Below, in pieces: positions 12,001 to 18,981 of a stretch of 64,000 bases of DNA. The position numbers were made by a program, and so were the translations under genes. The notes under the pieces are model-generated. The model saw nothing but the letters and a program-made list of their open reading frames with translations, had not been told where the DNA came from and ran no database searches. Source of the stretch: an uncultured Verrucomicrobiae bacterium (lineage in GTDB: Bacteria; Verrucomicrobiota; Verrucomicrobiia; Limisphaerales; JAFGQR01); assembly GCA_963788655.1 (NCBI GenBank), contig CAWBHS010000057.1, forward strand, positions 96,001 to 160,000, in the 5' to 3' direction. The stretch's first letter is position 1, and each line of letters begins with the position of its first letter.

Positions 12001-13991
12001 CCGCCGCCGATGGCAATGGTCCGTCCCTCCAACTCCTCGACCCCCACCAGGACCGGCGGCGGGTCAGCAATTGGTCGGAGGACAAAGGCTGGCGGCACGC
12101 GGTGCTGACGGGAGTGCCACGAGCGGGCCGACTGTCGTTCTTCCTGGAATCAGCCGGGGAGCTTTACCTGGACAACATCGAGGTGGTGGAAGGCGACGTG
12201 GCTGGCGTAGGTGACAATCTGGTCCAGAACGGCGGCTTCGAGGAACCACTAGGCACCGTATGGCGCAAGCTGGGCAACCATTCCATGTCTGACGTGAGCA
12301 GCGACGTGGCTTCGGAAGGAACCGGGAGCTTGCACATCATCGCCTCCGATTCCGGCAACGCATTCTTTAATGTATACCAAGTAATTTCCAGCATCGCGCA
12401 AAACTCCACCAACACCTACACGTTGAGTTTCGAGTATCTCACGACAACCAATGCCAGCCGCTTGGCGGTGCGCTTCGGCAGCGGGATCAGCGCCAGCCTG
12501 GTCGTGCAGCCGATCGATGCCACGCCCGGCGAATCGAATACGGTCGGACGGCAACTGCCGCCGTATGATCCGCTCTGGCTTAACGAGGTTCAGCCGGAAA
12601 ACGATACCGGCCTCACCGACGGCCACGGTGACGCGGAGCCGTGGATTGAACTCTACAACGCCGGCCCGGAGCCGCTGGATCTGAGCGGCTACTACCTGGC
12701 CAACAATTACACCAACCTGACCCAGTGGCCGTTCCCGGTCGGAACCATCATTGCCCCCAACGAATTCAAGATCGTCTGGGCCGACGGCGAACCGGACCAG
12801 ACCATCGGCACTGCGGAATTGCATACGAGCTTCGCATTGCCACCAGGGAACGGTGAAGTGGCACTGGTGCGATTGGTGCGAGACGAGCCGCAGATTACCG
12901 ACTATTTGAGTTACTCCGGTTTGGAACCTGGCTGGTCGTACGGAGATTATCCCGACGGCCAACCGCTCCGGCGCGAGAAGTTTTCAGCCGTGTCGCCGGG
13001 CGAAAATAATACCCCTTCCGTCGCGCCCGTATTCATCAATGAATGGATGGCCAGCAATAGTGGGTCCCTGCGTGATCCGGCGGACGATGATGCCGACGAT
13101 TGGCTCGAACTGTATAATCCGAACTCTTTCCCCGTGGACCTGAGCGGGTACTACTTGAGCGACAATTTGAACAATCCCACCAAGTTCCGGATCCCAGCGG
13201 GCACGGTGATTTCCGCCCAAGACTTCCTGCTGTTCTGGGCCGATGAGGAAGGCGGCCAAAACGGAGCGAACCATGAAGTTCACACCAACTTCAAACTCAG
13301 TGCCGACGGCGAAGAATTGGGATTGTACTCGCCGGCACGCTTGCCCGTCGATGCGGTCACGTTCGGTCAGCAATTCAATAATGTCAGCATGGGCCGTTAC
13401 CCAAATGGAACGAGCAACCTGGTCTATATGCCTAGCCCAACCCCCCGCATCAGTAATGTGCTGCAACCGCCGAACAGCGCTCCGGTGCTGGCTGCCATCG
13501 GCGACCAACAAATCAGGCCGGGACAAACGCTTAGTTTCCAAGCGGCGGCCAGCGATCCTGACGTGCCCACCCAAGGATTGCTCTACAGTATCGATCCGGG
13601 TGCGCCATTGGGAGCGAGCATCCATCCTTACAGCGGTCGGTTCGTCTGGAGTCCGCCCGCGGGAGAAGCGCCCAGCCAGTATTGGGTAACCTTGCGCGTG
13701 ACCGATACCGGAAACCCGCCGATGCAAGACAGCGCGAGCTTTTATCTCACCGTCATCCAACCGCCGGTGATGGACGGCCTCGCCCTGAGTTATGACAGCT
13801 TTGAATTCCGATTCTCGACCGCGCCGGGTAAAACCTATCGGGTGGAATCCACAGATTCGTTGGCACCGCCCGTTCAATGGCGGCCGCTGCGAGGCGCGGA
13901 ATCGATCAATGCCGCCGGTAACAGCATCACCGTCCGACACAGCCTGGACAACACCGCGCATCGATTCTATCGCGTGATCATGCTGGAATGA
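6075..13991 (+). CDS. Giant secreted lamin-tail-domain (LTD) / CotH kinase protein with PA14, Ig-like, CBM-like and cadherin/He_PIG-like modules
   Basis: Signal peptide from ATG 6075. PA14 (GQYVFWIATDD). About six LTD repeats (ISEIMYHP/INEFLA...EFIELYN). CotH motifs NWDSYGYRRGKNSYMY and TWDIDF. NSAPVLAAIGDQ cadherin-like domain. C-terminal RFYRV. Confidence 0.9.
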   Translation: MNAKYVRKGIVFFASISVLLGTQIGHGQTVGIYRELWSGLSTSDTSLNALTNPAVNANWPAQPNATYSKVFTVFETETNLMDGYGERLRAFIVPPTNGQYVFWIATDDSGLLLLSQDERPEHAEAIAWVSGYAGVREWGKEGNQQSDLIYLVGGRRYYLEALMKEGGGGDNLAVRWQLPNGVIEEPISASTANGTYLIPFRGVDAPPGIFRQPAKVSGLEGGTATFSLLVTNQGVVAYQWQVDGNDIEDPWALFSGLTITNLNYNLHHGRQYRCIVSNALGLTISDAALLEVIPDTTPPMIVSAMNALTTNVVVRFSEPLNALSAVDVENYAFDGGVMVMSALLLDDSTMLLNVSPLSFGTEYTLTVNGVRDRAAARNLIATDSQVSFTAFVFAPQDVGSPEPAGSSTNLDGGFDLAGGGLGIGGSADQFQFNYQLRVDDFDVRVRVQSLSDLDAWTKAGLMARESLDGGSRFAGVFATPALAGTFFESRTATSNATTISQSFPVSYPDMWLRLQRVGDQFTGYAGMDGTNWVQLGLVTLPVRPVYLGVAVTSRNTNQTAQAELREFSPVTEASVGELTYRGEPLGPSSRRTPLVISEIMYHPRHPAGVPGSLEFIELYNPQAWDEDLSGHRLSGAVDYAFPSGTVIKPGHFLVVARAPGTVQNYYGITGVLGPWIGSETNSLPGGEGTVRLRNPAGAVLLEVQYRGGNPWPIAADGAGHSLVLWRPSFGENNPLAWTASYWKDGSPGKAEPFAHDALESVFINEFLANSEAPLEDYLELYNHSNDPVDLSGAYLSDEADTNKFQIPSGTVLPPRGFLSFGESTLGFALRATGERIFLVNRDDTRVVDTIDFAGQANGVSSGRAPDGSPDLCELAARTPGAPNGSPLPRDIVINEIMYSPISGDADDEYLELYNRGAQPVDVSLWQFVDGVSFTIPNQTLMPPGGYLVVARNRTNLLAHYPGVLTDANTVGNYSGSLANGGERLALAMPEYTVTTDPNTYAVTIDTNYVVVNEVTYGDGGRWGTWSDGGGSSLELKDPRSDNRRAANWADSDELAKSEGLWTTIDYTNTLGETLGSPINDKLQVYLLDVGECLVDNLEVRNSNGTDVNSLGANGTFESGQSGWTFLGSHDMSTVDNVGFSSSHSLHLRAASRGDNGPNMLLSPALSSATVGQVALRAKARWLRGWPELLLRVRGGGIEVSTRLQVPPNLGSPGLANSRRIANAGPAIWDVVHSPILPAASEAVVVTARAIDPDGIASMRVRYRLDPSTTFATANMMDDGTGGDAVAGDGVFSATLPGQSSGATVAFYLEGVDSLNATNLFPQVVFPTGGTPRLFPLDATSKECLIRWGEVQKPGSFATYHEWVSAGNFNRWDTRAPALNNAFVDCTFVYNNYRVIYNAQARYAGSPWHRGQMDSPTAANRVDFDFHTREDDLLLGETDFVFANPGNPSGTTFSDLSLQSEQTSYLIFKAIGLPYNYRRYIHFFLNGSQRSTTSDRTGDMLMEDAQQPNGSVVSEWYPDSPNNEFFKIEDWFEFPDNGFDFTANNDADITRRTVTYNNQTSLTTAPYRYMFRHRSVGTGHSASDYSQFFRLVDAASPQASPNVTPVDVSALETVANVEQWMRIFACQHTVGNWDSYGYRRGKNSYMYLNGDGRYEILTWDIDFTVGLGGDGTTQSFITYSTAPDVNVCTDPRIIAMWDAPAIRRMYFRAFKDIIDGPLNASYLNPILDAKAAAFTMNNITYDAGQLNTIKSYITGRNSYIAGQIPRADFTVAGSEVFTNASNLVTLTGTAPVAAKFIGVNGQRYPVTWTTAVGWQLQAVLEPGTNVLNLQGYDRTGQALTSAVATVTVVYEGPMENPEDLMVISEILYHPATPGTSFVELYNSAPSQAFDLSGWRLNGADFTFPDGTVLPAGQYCVVVADRAAFALAFGNDAPIVGVFAGQLDNGGETLALVIPGTAGQSDVIVDQVRYDDESPWPAAADGNGPSLQLLDPHQDRRRVSNWSEDKGWRHAVLTGVPRAGRLSFFLESAGELYLDNIEVVEGDVAGVGDNLVQNGGFEEPLGTVWRKLGNHSMSDVSSDVASEGTGSLHIIASDSGNAFFNVYQVISSIAQNSTNTYTLSFEYLTTTNASRLAVRFGSGISASLVVQPIDATPGESNTVGRQLPPYDPLWLNEVQPENDTGLTDGHGDAEPWIELYNAGPEPLDLSGYYLANNYTNLTQWPFPVGTIIAPNEFKIVWADGEPDQTIGTAELHTSFALPPGNGEVALVRLVRDEPQITDYLSYSGLEPGWSYGDYPDGQPLRREKFSAVSPGENNTPSVAPVFINEWMASNSGSLRDPADDDADDWLELYNPNSFPVDLSGYYLSDNLNNPTKFRIPAGTVISAQDFLLFWADEEGGQNGANHEVHTNFKLSADGEELGLYSPARLPVDAVTFGQQFNNVSMGRYPNGTSNLVYMPSPTPRISNVLQPPNSAPVLAAIGDQQIRPGQTLSFQAAASDPDVPTQGLLYSIDPGAPLGASIHPYSGRFVWSPPAGEAPSQYWVTLRVTDTGNPPMQDSASFYLTVIQPPVMDGLALSYDSFEFRFSTAPGKTYRVESTDSLAPPVQWRPLRGAESINAAGNSITVRHSLDNTAHRFYRVIMLE

Positions 13992-14073
13992 AAGCCAGGT
14001 AGCCAGTTGCCAGGCTGACGCCTGCCGGCTTGTGCCTTGCGCTTTCAATGCGGCCCTGTAACACTTGGGCGCG

Positions 14074-15358
14074 ATGCGCATCGAACTGATCAACACCGGC
14101 AGCGAATTGATGCTGGGCCGGGTGCTGAATACCCACCAACAATGGCTGTGCCGCCAACTGGCGGACCGCGGTTACGTGGTCAATCGCCAGGTGGCCGTGG
14201 ACGATTCCGCGCCCGCCATTCAAGACGCGGTACGCGACGCGCTGGCGAGCGGCGGATTTGGTCATTACCACTGGCGGTTTGGGGCCGACCAGCGACGACC
14301 GCACGCGCGATCTGATTGCTCAATTGCTCGATCGGCCCCTGAAGGAAGATCCGACCATACGGCAGCGGATCGAGGAATTGATCGCCCGACGAGGACGCCG
14401 AGCCTTGCCCAGCTTACATGTGCAGGCGCTCGTGCCGGAAGGCGCGCTGGTGTTGCCCAATGCCCACGGCACTGCGCCCGGTCTGTTCCTCCGGATCAGT
14501 CCGAATTCGTTTCGTCCAAATGGTTGCCCGAGCCGATTGGTGATGTTGCCTGGACCGCCGCGCGAGTTGCGTCCCATGTTCCTCGACCAGTTGGTTCCCC
14601 TGCTCCGCCAGGAACTGCCCTTGGAGACGGACTTCGTCTGCCGTACGCTGCGCACCACCGGCCTGGGGGAGTCGCTGGTTGAAGCGCGAATTGCCGATCA
14701 ACTCACGGCGTTGACGGCCGCGGGAATGGATTTGGCCTTTTGCGCGCGGATCAGTGAAGTCGATGTCCGCCTGGCCGCTTATGGCCCCAATGCCAAGGCT
14801 CAGGTCAGCGAAGCCGAAGCCATCATTCGTCAACTCATCGGGGAGCTCATTTTCGGCGTGGATGATGACACGATGGAAGCCGTCATTGTGCGCATGTTGA
14901 CCGCGCGCAAGCAGACCGTGGCCTTGGCTGAGTCCTGCACGGGCGGGTTGCTGGCGCATCGTTTGACCAATGTGCCCGGCGCTTCGGTGGTGTTCCCCGG
15001 CGGCGTAGTTTCTTACAGCAACACTGCGAAGCAGGAATTACTGGGCGTGGCTGCCACCACCCTGGCTGAACATGGCGCCGTCAGTCAACACACCGCCCGC
15101 GAAATGGCTGTGGGCGCCCGCGCGCGGTTTGGTTCGGATTACGCGCTGGCAGTAACCGGCATTGCCGGCCCGACCGGCGGCAGCGAGGCCAAACCCGTGG
15201 GGACCGTTTTCATTGGCTTGGCGACTACGACCAACACCGAGGCCAGGAAATACTTCAATCCCGTCGATCGTGAAACGTTCAAATTCGTGACCTCCCAACA
15301 AGCATTGGAGCTGTTGCGCCGAGCCATGCGGAACGAAGCAGACGGAGAGGGTGGATAG
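14074..15358 (+). CDS. cinA: Competence/damage-inducible protein CinA (MoCF-like + PncC NMN deamidase domain); 1-base frameshift near 14250
   Basis: MRIELINTGSELMLGRVLNTH in one frame continues as LVITTGGLGPTSDDRT...AESCTGG...GIAGPTGG in another. Confidence 0.9.
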
Positions 15359-15373
15359 CCTTCTGAACCCTGA

Positions 15374-15448
15374 CGCAGCGGCACCTCGGAAGAGCGCCGC
15401 AAGTTAATTTTGCTCCAGATGGCGGCGCTCTACCGAGACGCTGCTACG
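15374..15448. repeat. Inverted REP pair (GTAG-type)
   Basis: CGCAGCGGCACCTCGGAAGAGCGCCGC ... GCGGCGCTCTACCGAGACGCTGCTACG are imperfect reverse complements between convergent genes. Confidence 0.6.
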
Positions 15449-15466
15449 ATCATTGCCTCTCGACAC

Positions 15467-15496
15467 AAAAAAGCCCGCAGTCTTTCCTGCGGGCTT
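15467..15496 (-). terminator. Rho-independent terminator of the ferredoxin gene
   Basis: AAGCCCGCAG-loop-CTGCGGGCTT stem with an A6 tract (U-tract on minus strand) just after the ferredoxin stop. Confidence 0.8.
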
Positions 15497-15513
15497 CTCG
15501 ATAAAATTACGGC

Positions 15514-15747
15514 CTACGCCCCGTCATCGCCAATAGCTTCCACCGGGCAGCCTTCTTTGGCTTCGGTACACTGTTTTTCTTCATCGTCGTTCTCCGGTTG
15601 TTTGGCGACGTAGGAATAACCACCGTCTTCATTGCGCTTAAAGTTGTTCGGGGCGGTTTCGCGGCACAGGTCGCAGTCAATGCATTGATTGTCCACGTAA
15701 TACTTGCCGGCGGTGTTTTCCGGATATTTGTTTGCGATATCTGCCAT
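15514..15747 (-). CDS. Ferredoxin (single Fe-S cluster type)
   Basis: YYVDNQCIDCDLCRETAP...CPVEAIG. Confidence 0.92.
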   Translation of the reverse strand: MADIANKYPENTAGKYYVDNQCIDCDLCRETAPNNFKRNEDGGYSYVAKQPENDDEEKQCTEAKEGCPVEAIGDDGA

Positions 15748-16019
15748 AAATTCAGTGTTTAATAGTTAAAAACTTCGGTGAGTTTTGCGGCTGGACGCCC
15801 AAATGGCAAGTCCCAATTCGTCCGCAGCCAAAATTACCTGTGCTTACCGCCAGAACCCACTGGGCACGATTGCGAACTCGAGCTATCCCCGTTCCGAATT
15901 ACGGGAGTTGCTCAGTCGCTGCGAGAGGACCGCTTGCTGGCGCAGTGCCTGCGCCAACTGCTAATTGAATCCCTGCGGACAGAGCCTTACCGTATTGCTG
16001 AACTCCTTCCGATTTGGCG

Positions 16020-16206
16020 CGAGATCGCGATTCATGCTTTCCAGCGCCGTCATGAACGCCTTCATGTGCGTGATTTCGCGCGTCATCAAAAATTGCAGCG
16101 CCGCATTCGAGCCCGCGTCATCGCAGAAATTAAGCAACCGTTCATAAGTGATTTTCGCCCGCGCTTCGGCGGCAAGGTCGCTGCGCAAATCCACGTCCAG
16201 TTCGCG
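16020..16206 (-). pseudogene. Manganese catalase C-terminal fragment
   Basis: ELDVDLRSDLAAEARAKITYERL...LQFLMTREITHMKAF is the Mn-catalase C-terminal helix signature; the N-terminal half is absent. Confidence 0.8.
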
Positions 16207-17332
16207 CCGCACGGTTTGGCGCCGGCCGCACGGACTCCGTCAACTTACGGGTCAGGCCGCCGGGCCGTTGTTCGCGGAGTTGTTGTTGCAGAAGGGTCAG
16301 GACGGCCGCTTCCTCCGGGCGCAACTTCCCCACCGACTGGCGGATTTCGCGTTCGGCTTTTTGACGCAACGTTTGGGTGAGCGTCCCGTCCAAATACGTT
16401 TCCCAGATGACCGGATGGACGTAGCATTTTTTGCAGATGGTAGGCGTGTTGCCCAGGCGTTCGGCCACGTGTTCGATGGCGCGCACAATGTTCTTCTTCG
16501 CCTGCGCTTGGGAGTCAATCTGCTCGAACTCCGCCAGGGCCAGCGCGGCGAGCACCGTGCCGGTCCACGTGCGAAAATCTTTGGCGGTGAAATCACGCCC
16601 GGAGATCTCGCGCAGGTAATCGTTGACCTCGGAGGACGTCACATCATGCCGCACGCCTTCCTGGTCCACGTATTGAAATAATTCCTGTCCAGGTAGATCG
16701 CGGCATTGGCGGATGACGCGGGCCAGTTTCGGATGATTCAGGTCAATGGTGTGTTCCTTGCCGAGTTTGCCGCGGAAATGAAATTGGACGCGCGAACCGT
16801 TGATCTTCGCATGACGGTCTTTCAGCGTGGTCAGACCGTAGGACTTGTTCGTACGGGCATATTCATCGTTGCCAACGCGGATGCAGCTCAGTTCCAGCAA
16901 ACGCACAATGGCCGCCAGCACTTTGTCGCGCGTGAGGCCGGGCTGGCGGAGATGTTGGCGCGCCTGGCGCCGGATCTTCGGCAACGCTTTGCCGAAATCG
17001 ACCATGCGATCATACTTCAATTCGTCGCGCACCTTCCGCCAGCGCGCGTGATACCGGTACTGCTTGCGCCCGCGGGCATCCCGTCCTGTGGCCTGCAAAT
17101 GGCCCTGGGCGTCGGAACAGATCCAGACGTCGGTCCACGCCGGTGGGATCGCCAAGGATTTAATTCGCTGAAGCTGGCGGACGTCGCGCAAGGATTTGCC
17201 TTCTGGTCCGACGTAACGAAATCCTTTGCCCGCCCGCACCCGCCGGATGCCGGGCCGGTCGTCGGTAACATAGTGCAAGCCGGCTTGATCGGCGGACGCT
17301 GCGGGTTCAAGAATGGGCGGCTGGGCATGCAC
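16142..17332 (-). CDS. DNA topoisomerase IB (bacterial, poxvirus-like)
   Basis: AIPPAWTDVWIC, GRDARGRKQYRYH, IRVGNDEY, FRGKLGKEH, KDFRTW, LGNTPTICKKCYVHP (catalytic Tyr). Start (GTG 17332) is approximate. The C-terminus reads into the catalase remnant. Confidence 0.92.
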   Translation of the reverse strand: MHAQPPILEPAASADQAGLHYVTDDRPGIRRVRAGKGFRYVGPEGKSLRDVRQLQRIKSLAIPPAWTDVWICSDAQGHLQATGRDARGRKQYRYHARWRKVRDELKYDRMVDFGKALPKIRRQARQHLRQPGLTRDKVLAAIVRLLELSCIRVGNDEYARTNKSYGLTTLKDRHAKINGSRVQFHFRGKLGKEHTIDLNHPKLARVIRQCRDLPGQELFQYVDQEGVRHDVTSSEVNDYLREISGRDFTAKDFRTWTGTVLAALALAEFEQIDSQAQAKKNIVRAIEHVAERLGNTPTICKKCYVHPVIWETYLDGTLTQTLRQKAEREIRQSVGKLRPEEAAVLTLLQQQLREQRPGGLTRKLTESVRPAPNRAARTGRGFAQRPCRRSAGENHL

Positions 17333-17388
17333 GAGGGAATCGGCCAAAATAAAAATTGCGGATGACTCGCCACACGGAATCCCGGCGC

Positions 17389-18262
17389 TCAACTGAACAT
17401 GCTGCGGCCGCCGTTGGCATGGATCACCTGGCCGGTGATATAAGACGAATCGGCTTCGGACGCGAGGAAGACATAACTGGGCGCCATCTCCGCCGGTTGA
17501 CCGGGGCGTTTCATGGGAGTCAACAGTCCGAACTCTTCCACGTCCTCCGCGCGGAACGACGCGGGAATCAACGGCGTCCAAACCGGTCCCGGCGCCACCG
17601 CGTTCACACGAATGCCTTTCGCAACCAATTCCTTCGCCAGCGAGCGGGTGAAGCTCAAAATGCCAGCCTTGGTGCACGGCATAATCCATCAACGACGGCG
17701 ACGGATCATAGGCTTGCACGGAAGTGGTATTGATCATCGAAGCGCCGGCCCGCAGATACGGCAGGGCCGCGCGGGTGAGATAAAAGAAGCCAAACAAGTT
17801 CGTCCGGAACGTCCGTTCCACCTGCTCGGGCGTCAAGGCTTCCACTCCTTCAATGTCGTCTTGCTTCGCGGCATTGTTGACGATGATGTCCAATTGCCCG
17901 AATGCCTCCCGCGTCTCATCCACTACCTTTTGACAAAACGCGTCGTCGCCGATGTCCCCCGCCATTTTCAGCACGCGGCTGCCCAGTTCCTCGATTCGCC
18001 CGGCTGTTTGATCGGCATCTTCGTGTTCGTTCAAATACACGATGGCCACGTCCGCGCCTTCCTTGGCGAAGAGCAACGCCACCGCCCGGCCAATGCCACT
18101 GTCGCCTCCAGTGATAATCGCCACTTTATCCTTCAGTTTGCCGGCGGGACGGTAGGCGGGGTCTTCGTCCAACGGTCGCGGTTGCATGGCGGCTTCGCTG
18201 CCGGGCAGTTCTTGTTCCTGAGGTGGCGGGCTTCCCGGTTGCTTCTCCATTTTTTGGAACAT
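17389..18262 (-). CDS. SDR oxidoreductase, general stress protein YdaD/YghA-like; frameshift near 17677
   Basis: PPPQEQELPG N-terminus, TGGDSGIG, NNAA, and YxxTK split across two frames (DYA|CTKAGI...NAVAPGPVWT). Confidence 0.9.
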
Positions 18263-18501
18263 AACAAAATATCAAGTTTTGTATCCAGTGATTCCCATGC
18301 GGGCCGCATTGGAGTTCAACCTTCAGATGGTTTGAACGGCCTACATCCATTTGCCCAAGCTGAAGCTTGAATTCCAGCAGTTGCGCAACGGATCCCAACG
18401 CCAACATGAGCATTGCGATTGCGTTATCTGAACGGTGAATGAATTGCCGTCAGCAAGATCCAGCCGAACTGGTACAGCGCTCATTCACCGCTGATCTTTT
18501 A

Positions 18502-18516
18502 GCATTTGGGTTGCCA
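18502..18516 (-). promoter_or_regulatory. Putative sigma54 -24/-12 promoter for SDR-topIB
   Basis: Minus strand TGGCAA-CCCAA-ATGC(T), GG-N10-GC. Confidence 0.55.
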
Positions 18517-18582
18517 GGCTCGCGCGGCCTCCAATGCTCAAAGATTGGCGCAGTTGCCGCCGCGCAGCATACGCCCAACGCC

Positions 18583-18625
18583 TGCAATCTGCACGGCGAG
18601 CGGAGCCAGCAGTCTGCAAGTTGCA
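18583..18625. promoter_or_regulatory. Tandem TGCA-N3-TGCA palindromes (putative activator sites)
   Basis: TGCAATCTGCA (18583) and TGCAAGTTGCA (18615), 32 bp apart, between divergent sigma54-like promoters. Confidence 0.65.
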
Positions 18626-18713
18626 TTCGCGCTGGCAGCCGACGCAGTGCCGGGAGCGGTTCCTTTGTGAAGTCCTTGCCCAATCGGAGGTGGAAAATCC
18701 TCGCCGCCTGCTT

Positions 18714-18728
18714 CGGCACGCTTCCGGC
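18714..18728 (+). promoter_or_regulatory. Putative sigma54 promoter for the CYP152 unit
   Basis: CGGCAC-GCTTC-CGGC(T), GG-N10-GC. Confidence 0.55.
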
Positions 18729-18981
18729 TTGAAGAAACGGGAAATGACGCAGGGCGATTCAGTTGAACTGGGGAACGCACACGTGTCGCCAGAGCCAGTC
18801 AGCGACACGCCGGCGGGGACAGCCGGAGAGTTGCGCTCCCCAATCCAATTGAAGGGTTACGTGGAAGAGCCTGTTTTAACCTCGGGCGAGGAACCTGGTC
18901 GAATTTCAAAACCGGCTCTAAGTCCGTTCCCTCCATGAAAGACACGAATCGACGGAACATCATCGTGATCGGCGAGGCATT

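Noticed and set aside
6075..13991. Many N-x-S/T sequons suggesting N-glycosylation
   Set aside because: A rough count (~30) is close to what the high Asn, Ser and Thr content would give by chance; no clear enrichment without computation.
7293..14096. Long antisense ORFs (448, 434 and 370 aa) opposite the giant gene, and similar shadows elsewhere
   Set aside because: Typical stop-poor antisense frames of high-GC coding DNA, with no recognisable motifs.
15780..15960. att site, tRNA or integrase end at the island's left border
   Set aside because: No tRNA fold, no direct repeat matching the right border and no integrase motif could be identified by eye.
16142..18262. 706-aa SDR-topoisomerase IB fusion in the ORF track
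   Set aside because: Artefact of a one-base frameshift near 17677. The SDR C-terminus (TKAGI...ITGQVIHANGG, stop 17389) is intact in another frame, and the linker is out-of-frame junk.
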